Positions 24,813-36,362 of a stretch of DNA of 54,950 nucleotides are shown piece by piece. Numbering within the stretch: position 1 is the first letter of the stretch; each line of letters starts with the position of its first letter. The stretch is from contig UYFQ01000324.1 of NCBI GenBank assembly GCA_900617105.1, forward strand, positions 1 to 54,950, written 5' to 3'. Both the position numbers and the translations under genes were made by a program. Source of the stretch: Hydrurus foetidus (lineage: Eukaryota). The notes beneath the pieces were generated by a model. The model made no database searches. It saw only the letters and a list, made by a program, of their open reading frames with translations, and was not told where the DNA came from.

Positions 24813-27757
24813 ATGGCGAACCCTTTCGAGATGTGAGTAAACTTGATGAGGTTTCATCATTCGAAACTTCCATCTGATGACAAATCTAGTGGCAATAATG
24901 CTTATTATAATAATTGCAGGTTGACGACGCTGTTGCCTGTCTTTGGACCGACCCTGAATGCTCTAGTGTGCACATCGATTGTAATTGTATGCTCAAATGC
25001 CTATCGGGGAGGAAAGAAAGTAGCTTTTCAATCGTTCTTCTTCGTTGCAGCGGTATCATGGGCGATAAGTTTTGTCGGGTTGAAGCAGGACGATCTTAGA
25101 GACTTCTTTAACACGTTTTCAAAGTTAGACTACTATCTCCGATTTGCTTTATCTGTTGTTGCAATTTTTGTTGCCTACTTCGGTGGAGGCATGTACCTCG
25201 GTGGCCCCTCAGGTTAGCTCTGAGCACCTATGAATAAACTACTGGCCAGCATGAAAGTTATTGGTGATAAGTGACACCTCGTTGAATAACTCGATATCAG
25301 CGACCCCCTCTGAGGAGAGTCAGTCCTCCGAGACACCCGCTTCTTGCGATAGAGCCGTTGACTTCGTAGTCCCAGCCTCCTTGCCGGCAGATGACAAAGA
25401 CTTCTTCGATATGATGCTTACAAAGTCAGTCGAGAGAATTGCTGATCGCATCGCATAGATCCATCAGAACACTTGATGATTACTCAAACGCTCTACTCAT
25501 ATTTTCTACCGTTCCAGGATTACATCCGAGATCATAGAAGATCTCCCTGAAGTTTACGAAATGCCAGCAGAGGCTGTAGAATGGGTGAAGAGGGTACGTT
25601 GCGTCACTTTTATCTTTATGCCGCAAGTTGCCTATGCTGCATGACTGTCTCTAATATCATTTTCCTGCTACTAAATGCGAAAGATGATCAACTATAATGT
25701 TGCCGGAGGGAAAATGAATCGTGGCTTGACTGTTCTGGACGTACAACAGACATTCGCAAAGGCTCACGGAAGACCAATTACCAACAAGGTGAGATAAATG
25801 TTTGATCAATAAAAGTGCAGCGTCTCCTTATTGCCATGACTTCTGATAAACCCGACACCACGACACACATCATCAACTCTTCTATTCCTCATATTCATCG
25901 AACATTCTCACATTCATACATTATCAATTGCTGTTAGGAGAGATGCCAGTCTGCTGCTCTTGGCTGGTGTGTGGAGTTTCTGCAGGCCTTCTTCCTGGTG
26001 GCGGACGATGCCATGGACGACTCCGTGACTCGCAGAGGACACCCCTGCTGGTTCAGACTGCCAGAAGTCAAACTGGTCAGACAACGATGCAACGCATATA
26101 CATCATGACCTCTGCTTGTGCTTTTAAACTGCAGCAAATTATCCATAATGACCTGCTATTGTTCAGAAATACTGGATCTATTTGAAAATATCTCGCAATT
26201 ATTTCGCATGAGAACGCTACTTTTATTGCCTTGACATCATTCTGCGTCACTTTCTTATGTGGCTGTCACAGATTTCTATCAACGACTCCTTCATCCTCGA
26301 GAGCTGTGTGTACAAGATCTTAAAGAGGTACCTGGGAAGGGAGAAGTACTACCCTCAACTGGTGGACCTCTTCATCGAGACTACGAGACAGACAGAGCTG
26401 GGACAGCTGCTAGATCTCACCTCTCAGCCCTTAGTGGGGGCCATCGATCTTCACCGCTTCACTGTACAGAGATACAGGTAGGTTGGGACATGCTGCGATG
26501 TACATTACACTGCGCACAGTACGTCACTACACTGTAGTTTATTGTATTGTACAGCACTGTACTGTACAGTACAGCACTGCACTGCACTGCACTGCACGGC
26601 GCCCTGTTTGAAGGTTGAACCTTGAGCATCTTAGCTTTATAATTCTGCACCACGCGACTTGTCAGATCTATCGTGAAGTACAAGACAGCGTTTTACTCGT
26701 TCTACCTCCCTGTGGCTTTGGGAATGATCGTGTCAGGTATTGTCGGACATTCACCATACTGCTCTTAATTCCTATCTCATGCGAGCTCCCAATCATAAAC
26801 TGCGCGTGATCTGATGATATCTCTGTTCTGTTCTGCTCTGTTCTGCTCTGTTCTGCTCTTAGGCATCAGTGACGTGTCTATGTACGCGAAGGCGAGGGAG
26901 ATTCTGCTGATCATGGGGGAGTACTTCCAGATCCAAGACGACTACCTAGGTGAGGCAGATTCCAGTCAGTCAGTAAATCAGTCAGTCTGATGCTCATCCA
27001 CTCAACTCTCGTCCACATGCCACCATTCTCCTTCTCCTTCTAATCGTGGACTTCAACTGACTGGTTGGCCGGATCAGACTGTTACGGAGCACCGGAAGTC
27101 ATCGGCAAAATCGGCACGGATATTGAGGACAACAAATGTTCTTGGCTGGTGGTCCAAGCGCTGAGGTAATTCAACTCTTCGGCTGCGTCGAATCGTGACT
27201 TGATTCGATTTTCTGTCACTTGTGTCTGCTGATGTGTCCCGCACTTACGGAGTTTGTGTACCTCTTATCCGTCCATTCCTTTTAATCCTTTCTCTTTCAT
27301 TGATTGGTTGACGCGTCATTATCGCTGACTATGCTTCCCTGTAAACGAAGCCGTGCGACTGAGAAGCAGAGGAAAGTGCTCGAAGTTAACTACGGCAGCC
27401 ACGATGCCAAGAAAATCGAGAACGTGAAAAATCTGTTCGTGGAGATGGAACTCGAGAGAGCCTTCAAAACTTATGAAGAAGAGTCCTACGCTGAAATACA
27501 GGTCTGACACAAAAAAAAACTGGTCATTATGGATTCATTATCTTGATATAATACCCGTATATGCGTGAAAGTGCGGCATCTGATTCGTTGCAACCGATTT
27601 GGAGACTTTTCATATTCGTCATTGATGCCTGCAAAAAGTCACGAGAGTAAACACTTATTTTCACGTCTATTCGCAGAAATTGCTTGGAGAGGTCAAGTCG
27701 ATGCCCACTGAAGTGTTCACGTTCCTCCTCGGCAGAATCTACAAGAGAGCCAAATAG
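24813..27757 (+). CDS. FPS: Farnesyl diphosphate synthase with hydrophobic N-terminal extension, multi-exon
   Basis: Spliced exons give [30 protein letters not shown] (FARM), [31 protein letters not shown] (SARM), [15 protein letters not shown] and IYKRAK*. Confidence 0.93.
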
Positions 27758-27963
27758 ACCTACTGTATTCTCCAAGTAGTTGCGTGATAGAGAGTTTTCC
27801 TAGAGACGATTAGTAGAAGATCTTTTTATATGACAGAATGCTTTCAAGACTTTTGTAAACATGAAAGAGGAATATCATGACCCAACGATGTCAAATTCTT
27901 CAAGAAGGTGGAACAATAAATATGTACAAGTTTGACGATAACAGCGCATGTTCCTAAACTCCG

Positions 27964-28502
27964 TCATTTCAGCACAGCCACAACGCTTTCTTCAAAATCA
28001 TCTTCACCATCGCTCCTTTCCGCCAATTTCTCTCTCAGTATGTCAACGATAGCACGTTGCGTCTTTCGTTTTAATTTGTTCATTCTTCCCTCTATTTGAC
28101 TCTTCAAATCCCAATTGGCTTTCTTCGGTACAATATTCAGCTCTTCCTCATTGTACTGCGCAAGTTCTAATTTGATAACATCGGTCTCATCCCTGCTAGA
28201 TTTTGCTATTATCTCTGTATCCTTAACAACAATGGTGCCTATTTCGTGCTCTTTCACAGTCAGGGATAAGTCATACGGCTTATAGTTTCTGAATCGAATA
28301 GTAGTGTCTTTTTCTTCCCCAACAACGTCATTTACTGCAGCAATGCTTGATGGGTCCTTCAGTTGCTCCGATTTTGCCCGCATCAACTGTATTCGTCGAA
28401 CAGGTTAGAAGAAACTTGACGATCTCGTCATCCGATATAATGGTTCAGAAACAATTTAAGAGCTACCTTCAATCTCTTTTTGCGATCCTCAGTGGTCTCC
28501 AT
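27964..28502 (-). CDS. CCDC12: Splicing factor CCDC12/Cwf18, 2 exons
   Basis: METTEDRKKRLK splices to LMRAK; motifs IRFRNYKP and PKKANWDLKSQIEGRMNKLKRKTQRAI. Confidence 0.9.
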
Positions 28503-28642
28503 CTTTTACGCTGACACTGGAGTGAGAGATCAAAACAAATCAGATCTCTCAAGTTTCTGTGCTGGTCTGTTCACTGCTATGAGCTATGAGCTGTGCCTGT
28601 GCATGGCATTTATCTGCTGGAGATTAAAAGACGGGACTTGAC

Positions 28643-28972
28643 TGTTGGAGAACCTTTTGATTCCTGACTCTACTCAGAAGGAACGTGGACCTGCGGAACA
28701 CTGGCTCAGTTACCAAGACTCGTGAAATGGGATGATGGTATCGATAATCACTTGTTAATTCGACTGTGCTTCATCTCCGCTGAAAGCTCCAGTCACTTTC
28801 AGTGCCATTACAAATTGAAACCTTACACTACGCTTGAAGTACGGTGACTTTTCAGGTCCATACATCTTCATACCGCACACGCACACACACACACAAATTA
28901 ATCCGTACGCCGCTGTACGGATACATAAGTACACATAATGCGTTCGTGTCATGAACTCAGATATATCCAACA
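28643..28972 (-). repeat. Copia 3' LTR (330 bp, intact)
   Basis: TG...CA ends with TGTTGGA inverted termini; preceded on the minus strand by the purine-rich GAAGGGTG (PPT-like). Confidence 0.95.
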
Positions 28973-29041
28973 CACCCTTCATGCTACAACTCATTTGTAC
29001 GCAATTTGTCTAACACGCATTCGTTATTAAATAATAATAAT

Positions 29042-32000
29042 CTAATCTAAATCTTTGTCTGGCCATCCCGTGACGCCTTTTCTCTCCTCCTTGAATTGCG
29101 CTCCTTGAAGCGGCTTTGTCAACATATTGGCATACATGTCCTTCGTCCCGAGATGTTTCACCTTTGCCTCTCCCATATCCACCCTCTCTTTCAACCAAAA
29201 GTACTTGATCGAGATGTGTCTCGTGCGCTCCGCTGCCGATCGTCCTCTATCGATGAGCGCCATGCAAGACATGTTGTCTTGGTGTATAGTCACTGGTCCG
29301 CACTCGTGTCCTTGCGCGATGATGAAACTCCTCAAATGTAGTGCCTGATTTGCCGAGTCCGACAGAGCCACCAGCTCAGCTTCGGTGCTCGACTTCGTCA
29401 CAATCTGTTGCTTAGAAGATTTGCAGTGCACTGCTCCGCTATCGCCCACTACGATGCAGCTCCCCGTGTGCGACCTCCCGTCAGCATGCACTCCGTACGC
29501 TGCATCTATTAGGACACTCACCACGATTCCCTTTTCGCCTGGCGCGAAGACTATTCCTCTGTCTCTGGTCGCCCACACGTATCTCATCAGTCGATCGAGT
29601 TTCGCTAGGTCGTCCACAGTGCACTTCGTCACTCGGGTGGCGAGGAAAGCCACTGCTGTCAGGCAGTCTGGTCTGGCCCGTTTTGCTAGGTACAGCATCT
29701 TCGCCACGTGCCTATGGAACATCACCCTTAGTCCTTCGCTCACCGTGAGTGCATCTGGTCTCACTTCGAAAAGCCCCTCTGTCGCTGGCGTTCGTGCACC
29801 CTTACTTGTTCCTACTTCCTTTAACATGTCATCTACATATCCTGCCATAGTCACTTTCGCCATCCCTCCCACAGTCAGATCGAATACCATCCCTAGGTAG
29901 TTCACGATTGGACCGTCCTTACGAGTGATATCTCCATATCTGCTGATCAGTCCTGAGGCTAGTGACTCTATCATGTCTGGGTCCGTGCTTGTGATCATTA
30001 GGTCATCAACGTGTACAGCGACAGTGCACTGCACCCCATTCTCGTTTCGTTTGTTGAAAACGCATATGTCTATAGTATTGGGAGTGTATCCTAGTTTCTT
30101 TAGACTCTCTCTAAGGTTCTCATACCAAAGTGCTGCTGACTCCACGCACCCATATAGCGCTTTGTCCAACCTCACTACCACGCATCCCCTTGCGTCCATG
30201 TACTTCGCATACTGAGGTGACAGCTTCACCATCATACTTGTCATGTTCTTATCTAACCGCATATGCACTGTCAGTCCCGTGTTCATATCTGCGTTCAAAT
30301 ATGCACCGCTGATGTCCACCACAGTGACCTTGCGTCCCTCGTGAGATGCGATGCTCAGTAGAGTAAATACACAGCTGATCCCAACAGTGGGTGCAGACAA
30401 GTCATCGTATAGAGTCTTGTCCTGCTGATCCCCTCCTGCTACTAGTCTCGCTTTCAGCTTCTCAAATTCACCACTAGCCAAGAATTTCTCCTTCAGGAAC
30501 ATGCTTGATCTTATGATGCGGACTTTCTCTTCATGTGACAGACCACGAATGTCTACAGGGGTCCAGACCTTCTTCTCAATCATCTGGCCTAGCTCCTTCT
30601 GTATCACATTCTCTGCATCTTTCCCTCTCGTCCTCAGAGCTTCATTCACAGAGATATTCATCACGTATTCACCCCAATCCCCTCCTGCTGATTCGTAGTT
30701 CCTAGTCAGTAGGGCCGCACTCTGTTTGTCCCCTCTGAACATGTCCATCAGATTCGCTCTCGGGATCACCCTGTGTCCATATGCAGAGTATGTGTTCGAT
30801 GTAGCAGCTACCGTGTCCGGTTCCTCTGCCGTACCCATAGCGATCGCACCATTCTCACCATAGTCTTCCGGTACACCCTGTTCGTCTGTTGTCTCGTGCG
30901 ATGCAGTGTGAGGTAGTCCCAATGCTAGCCCTCTGAAGCTACTCATCAAGTCGTCCATCTCTACTACCCTAGGCTCGAATCGCACTCTCGCTACTGGTAT
31001 CATGTCGTCTGCGAGATCTGTCTCTTCCAAACACGGTTCGTCTGGTTGAGTAGTATCTATCTGGTCGACGATCTCTTCGTGTATCATCTCAGGGTTGTAG
31101 TTCGTGTCTAGAAGTGTGGTTGACGGGTCTACACCCTCATTTACGATCGTCTCCATCTTCTCAGGTAGGTCGTCGCTGTTGTCTGTGACTGTCTCATATG
31201 AGGTCTCAGTTCTCGCTAGTTCGCTCTTATCCTTCACTCTCCCATCTGCTAGTGCAAGGGCGTTCATCCTCTTTATGACTGACTCAGGCATCGGCATAAT
31301 TATGAATTGATCGCGGTTTACTAGCTTCCCTGTTGTTAGCGACAGCATCCTCACCGTTCCCGTACGATTTCCAAGTGGAAGCATTACAACACAATCTTCT
31401 GTGCGTGGTTTGAGAGTTGAGTCTGTATTAGGTAATGTACACTGCACATAATCTCCAAACGAACATCTAAAATCTCTTTTTCCGTCTGGCTTTCTACCAA
31501 TAAAAGCTTCCCGTGGGCTAGGTCCATAGTCGCGTTCACCGTACGGTTCATAATTTAGCCGTGATACTACGTACAGTACGCACATTACGATCCCGACACT
31601 CGATAATGTAAACGGTAAGTGGTATGATACATGGGCTCTGAGTCTTTCCTTTATAACTCTGATCCTCCTTTCGATTCTCGCTACATGGCCGCCCGCTCCG
31701 CTGATGTCAATGTCTACTCCGAGTTTCCCGAGTTCATCCACCAGTGTGACTACTGCGCCCTCGCCGTCACTCATGATCACTGATGTCCTGAAGCCTTGTG
31801 ATCCTAACACGCCAAGGAAATGGGCGATTCCCTTCCTCACATGCTCTACTGAGCGACTGGACTTCTTGAGCACGACGTTGTTCAGACTATATGCTATAGT
31901 TAGACCTAGTGGAGTAGCCACGCCGATTAGAATAGCGATTTTGTCTATAAACATAATGTCGATCGCTAGCACCTGATCCTTCTGAACAATCTTGGCTTTG

Positions 32001-33826
32001 ATAGTGATATCTGCAACAGCGGTGGCTCGCTTCGTTGTCTTGCCCTTCACAGATGCCATGTCTCTTCCCCATATCGCTTCAGCGACTTGGAAATCTCTCG
32101 ACGAAATGTCGAAGTTGCTCCCGGAGTTTACAATAGACATCGCCATTCCTACCGAAGGAAATCCCATTCGCGCCATGAGCTCCCGCGCTGATCGCGCTCT
32201 CTCAATCTCACGTTTCGTAAAGGCACGTAGATTCTCCTCGACTGTTGCCACCATAGCAGAGTTGGTGTTGGCGTTCCTCCAGTCGCAGGAGTAGAATCTC
32301 CCCTCGCTTCCTGGGACTGTCTTTCTACCGAATCGATATACTCTGATGCTCCCCTTCGGCTGAAGTGTAAAGGAATCTTGTAGGTAGTCGTATCTTATTT
32401 TCGCTCCTGCGTCAACTTGCGATGCGAAGGATAGAATGTTGGCAGATGCATCACCGCTGTAGAAGACCGTTCCGAATTCTCCGAATTCTCCTTCTCTGTC
32501 CACATCTACTCCGCCTCCAGATTGTATCCCGCTAACAGTGATTGATCGTTTCGCTTGTCTGACATTGGTGAGTAGATCCTTGTTACTGAATATATTCAGA
32601 GACGCCTCGTTGTCTAGCAACACATCATACTGAGAGAACATACACACTTCGCTCACAGTGACCAGCGCAACGCCCCAGTCATCCCGGTCACTCTCATCTC
32701 CACTGTCTGCCTCAGACTTCGTGACGTGGATTTTCTCCGATGACGATTTTCTGTTCGGGCAGTTCTTTGCATAGTGTCCCTTCTCATCACACGCGTAGCA
32801 GTCTACGTCTGCGATCGGCGTCTTCTTGTACCTTCCGGTCTTCCCGGCCCGCTTCTCGGTATCCCTCGATGCAGTGACGTGGACTTCCTCCGTGACGAAA
32901 GCTGATGCCCCTGGGGGTGTTTGCACCGTCGCTGAACTGCCGTCGTTGCGCCACTGGGATGCTATCCTAAATGCTGCGGCGAGGGATTTGGGGTACGCAT
33001 CCGGTTTCTGTCTGAGTGCGTCATTTCTCATCTCCGACATCATGCGTCTGTAGCGCTTCGGGTCTAACTTCCCGATGAAGTCGAGTGCGCGGAGGGTGTC
33101 TGTGATCTTTGCGACTCCCACTGCGTCGTTGGCTAGGACCTGCTCGTCGAACCTTGCCTTGAAAGTCGTGATCATTTCCCTCTCTCCTTGCCTCATCATC
33201 CCGTACTTACTCTCCTGTTCGTGCTGATTTATCTCCTTCATAGGGTCTGTGTCACCGAACATATGGGTGAGGTGCGTGCGTCTGATGAGTGTCCAGAGTA
33301 GGACACAATCCAGTGTGAGGTAGGCTGTCCGATAGCCTTCCTCCTCTCTAACGCGGCTCTGTGAGTCCGTGGACATGCGCTTCCACATCATAGGGTAGAT
33401 GGTGCGCTCATGTTCCTTCTGCGCTTTGAGGTCGCGCTTTCTTTGAAGGTAGTCTTCCTCTTTGTATTTCGCTCTGGAACGATCGTTGCTTCTGCGGCGT
33501 CTCTCGTTGCGAGTCTCTCTCGCTGCGTCGCGCGCAGGTTTGCCCTCGAGGTATGCCGCACGTACCTCCGGGGATATGGCCGGATTGGCCTCTGTATCCG
33601 ATGCGGATGTCGAATCCTCTGATTCTGATTCGTCTGGATATTTGGTTATTGTGCGAGGTAGTTCGTATCTCACGTCCGTCGTGAAGAACATCCCTACTAT
33701 GCCGTATAGTTCTGTGACTATAGTCTGCATACTTTCTCGCCACTTGATAATATTGTTGAACTTGCCAATTTGAAGAATGCACTCATCTGTGCTTTTCACT
33801 GCTTCAGCTGCACGTTTGGGTGGCAT
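29042..33826 (-). CDS. Copia gag-pol polyprotein (1594 aa, intact), CoDi-like
   Basis: Domain order: zinc knuckle CYACDEKGHYAKNC, protease LLDNEAS, integrase (AIDIMF, SDGE, IERRIR), RT (KARLVAGG, KALYG, HVDD), RNase H (IDAAY, SSTEAE, QDN). Integrase before RT is the Copia order. Confidence 0.96.
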   Translation of the reverse strand: MPPKRAAEAVKSTDECILQIGKFNNIIKWRESMQTIVTELYGIVGMFFTTDVRYELPRTITKYPDESESEDSTSASDTEANPAISPEVRAAYLEGKPARDAARETRNERRRRSNDRSRAKYKEEDYLQRKRDLKAQKEHERTIYPMMWKRMSTDSQSRVREEEGYRTAYLTLDCVLLWTLIRRTHLTHMFGDTDPMKEINQHEQESKYGMMRQGEREMITTFKARFDEQVLANDAVGVAKITDTLRALDFIGKLDPKRYRRMMSEMRNDALRQKPDAYPKSLAAAFRIASQWRNDGSSATVQTPPGASAFVTEEVHVTASRDTEKRAGKTGRYKKTPIADVDCYACDEKGHYAKNCPNRKSSSEKIHVTKSEADSGDESDRDDWGVALVTVSEVCMFSQYDVLLDNEASLNIFSNKDLLTNVRQAKRSITVSGIQSGGGVDVDREGEFGEFGTVFYSGDASANILSFASQVDAGAKIRYDYLQDSFTLQPKGSIRVYRFGRKTVPGSEGRFYSCDWRNANTNSAMVATVEENLRAFTKREIERARSARELMARMGFPSVGMAMSIVNSGSNFDISSRDFQVAEAIWGRDMASVKGKTTKRATAVADITIKAKIVQKDQVLAIDIMFIDKIAILIGVATPLGLTIAYSLNNVVLKKSSRSVEHVRKGIAHFLGVLGSQGFRTSVIMSDGEGAVVTLVDELGKLGVDIDISGAGGHVARIERRIRVIKERLRAHVSYHLPFTLSSVGIVMCVLYVVSRLNYEPYGERDYGPSPREAFIGRKPDGKRDFRCSFGDYVQCTLPNTDSTLKPRTEDCVVMLPLGNRTGTVRMLSLTTGKLVNRDQFIIMPMPESVIKRMNALALADGRVKDKSELARTETSYETVTDNSDDLPEKMETIVNEGVDPSTTLLDTNYNPEMIHEEIVDQIDTTQPDEPCLEETDLADDMIPVARVRFEPRVVEMDDLMSSFRGLALGLPHTASHETTDEQGVPEDYGENGAIAMGTAEEPDTVAATSNTYSAYGHRVIPRANLMDMFRGDKQSAALLTRNYESAGGDWGEYVMNISVNEALRTRGKDAENVIQKELGQMIEKKVWTPVDIRGLSHEEKVRIIRSSMFLKEKFLASGEFEKLKARLVAGGDQQDKTLYDDLSAPTVGISCVFTLLSIASHEGRKVTVVDISGAYLNADMNTGLTVHMRLDKNMTSMMVKLSPQYAKYMDARGCVVVRLDKALYGCVESAALWYENLRESLKKLGYTPNTIDICVFNKRNENGVQCTVAVHVDDLMITSTDPDMIESLASGLISRYGDITRKDGPIVNYLGMVFDLTVGGMAKVTMAGYVDDMLKEVGTSKGARTPATEGLFEVRPDALTVSEGLRVMFHRHVAKMLYLAKRARPDCLTAVAFLATRVTKCTVDDLAKLDRLMRYVWATRDRGIVFAPGEKGIVVSVLIDAAYGVHADGRSHTGSCIVVGDSGAVHCKSSKQQIVTKSSTEAELVALSDSANQALHLRSFIIAQGHECGPVTIHQDNMSCMALIDRGRSAAERTRHISIKYFWLKERVDMGEAKVKHLGTKDMYANMLTKPLQGAQFKEERKGVTGWPDKDLD

Positions 33827-34181
33827 GTCAATGCCTCGGCAGTCGAATTATGTTGGAGAACCTTTTGATTCCTGACTCTACTCAGAAGGAACGTGGACCT
33901 GCGGAACACTGGCTCAGTTACCAAGACTCGTGAAATGGGATGATGGTATCGATAATCACTTGTTAATTCGACTGTGCTTCATCTCCGCTGAAAGCTCCAG
34001 TCACTTTCAGTGCCATTACAAATTGAAACCTTACACTACGCTTGAAGTACGGTGACTTTTCAGGTCCATACATCTTCATACCGCACACGCACACACACAC
34101 ACACAAATTAATCCGTACGCCGCTGTACGGATACATAAGTACACATAATGCGTTCGTGTCATGAACTCAGGCCGGTCCTTA

Positions 34182-36362
34182 CCGGTTGAAAACTAAAAAC
34201 CGACTTTGGATTCACCAAACGCTCCCAATGCCCCGTACGGAGGACCTTTTCAGGGGGTGCTGGAAAAAGAATTCATTTTTTTCGTTTTTGGTCGTCAAAA
34301 ACAGGTAAAAAAGGCCGAAAATGACCGATTTGTCAGTTTTCCGTCAACTGAAACCGAAAACACGAATGGCCACCGATTTTGAACAGAACAACCACAGTCG
34401 ATGGGGAGTTTCTAGTTCCGGAAGTTGGTCGGCAGTGCTAAGTTTAGGGAGGTTACATATTTCCATACCTGTAGGTACAAAATACTCCTTTGTGAGGTCT
34501 ATGGTCCCACCCAAATTTTAGGTTTTTTGGACCTAAGACTTTTTGTGACCGGAATTTCATAATTGACCGCTCACACTCAAATTGCCGGTCGATTATGGTT
34601 GTAATCAACCGGCAACCCTATAATTGAATGGAAGCCCTACCTATAGCTGGAGACGAAGCTACGGAAGCTTTACATATTAAACTACAATTATGCAGTTCAA
34701 CGAGGATCTATCTCAGGTCCAAAGTGAATCCCAGCAGCAGCGTCTAGTGGAGGACGATTCAACGAACTACGACGATGACTGGGTGAATTTCAATAACGAT
34801 GACAATTTTGAAAACGATGAAAACTGTCCACCTAATGACTTCCAGGAGGAAAACGATTACATCAGGGTTTCTAGTTCCGGAAGTTGGTCGGCAGTGCTAA
34901 GTTTAGGGGGGTTACATATTTCCATACCTGTAGGTACAAAATACTCCTTTGTGAGGTCTATGGTCCCACCCAAATTTTAGGTTTTTTGGACCTAAGACTT
35001 TTTGTGACCGGAATTTCATAATTGACCGCTCACACTCAAATTGCCGGTCGATTATGGTTGTAATCAACCGGCAACCCTATAATTGAATGGAAGCCCTACC
35101 TATAGCTGGAGACGAAGCTACGAAAGCTTTACATATTAAACTACAATTATGCAGTTCAACGAGGATCTATCTCAGGTCCAAAGTGAATCCCAGCAGCAGC
35201 GTCTAGTGGAGGACGATTCAACGAACTACGACGATGACTGGGTGAATTTCAATAACGATGACAATTTTGAAAACGATGAAAACTGTCCACCTAATGACTT
35301 CCAGGAGGAAAACGATTACATCAGGGTTTCTAGTTCCGGAAGTTGGTCGGCAGTGCTAAGTTTAGGGGGGTTACATATTTCCATACCTGTAGGTACAAAA
35401 TACTCCTTTGTGAGGTCTATGGTCCCACCCAAATTTTAGGTTTTTTGGACCTAAGACTTTTTGTGACCGGAATTTCATAATTGGCACACTCAAATTGCCG
35501 GTCGATTATGGTTGTAATCAACCGGCAACCCTATAATTGAATGGAAGCCCTACCTATAGCTGGAGACGAAGCTACGGAAGCTTTACATATTAAACTACAA
35601 TTATGCAGTTCAACGAGGATCTATCTCAGGTCCAAAGTGAATCCCAGCAGCAGCGTCTAGTGGAGGACGATTCAACGAACTACGACGATGACTGGGTGAA
35701 TTTCAATAACGATGACAATTTTGAAAACGATGAAAACTGTCCACCTAATGACTTCCAGGAGGAAAACGATTACATCAGGGTTTCTAGTTCCGGAAGTTGG
35801 TCGGCAGTGCTAAGTTTAGGGGGGTTACATATTTCCATACCTGTAGGTACAAAATACTCCTTTGTGAGGTCTATGGTCCCACCCAAATTTTGGGTTTTTT
35901 GGACCTAAGACTTTTTGTGACCGGAATTTCATAATTGACCGCTCATACTCAAATTGCCGGTCGATTATGGTTGTAATCAACCGGCAACCCTATAATTGAA
36001 TGGAAGCCCTACCTATAGCTGGAGACGAAGCTACGGAAGCTTTACATATTAAACTACAATTATGCAGTTCAACGAGGATCTATCTCAGGTCCAAAGTGAA
36101 TCCCAGCAGCAGCGTCTAGTGGAGGACGATTCAACGAACTACGACGATGACTGGGTGAATTTCAATAACGATGACAATTTTGAAAACGATGAAAACTGTC
36201 CACCTAATGACTTCCAGGAGGAAAACGATTACATCAGGGTTTCTAGTTCCGGAAGTTGGTCGGCAGTGCTAAGTTTAGGGGGGTTACATATTTTGATCTC
36301 GCGTAACTTTTGAGTATTGAGGCCAAAAATTTTTGAGTTTTCGGTTTTTAGTTTTCAACCGG
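34182..36362. mobile_element. Non-autonomous TIR element with TA TSD (Tc1/mariner-type), carrying a tandem array
   Basis: 22-bp TIRs CCGGTTGAAAACTAAAAACCGA flanked by TA on both sides; inserted 12 bp inside the left end of the MITE. Confidence 0.85.
34408..36292 (+). repeat. 459-bp tandem repeat, 4 full units plus about 54 bp
   Basis: Unit starts at 34408, 34867, 35326, 35780 and 36239 (spacings 459, 459, 454, 459); units are nearly identical. Confidence 0.97.

Noticed and set aside
29096..33773. Multiple plus-strand ORFs within the Copia
   Set aside because: Antisense shadows of the gag-pol frame, with no recognisable motifs.
34408..36292. Possible CRISPR-like or repeat-spacer array
   Set aside because: Whole 459-bp units are duplicated with no unique spacers, there are no cas-like genes, and the context is eukaryotic.
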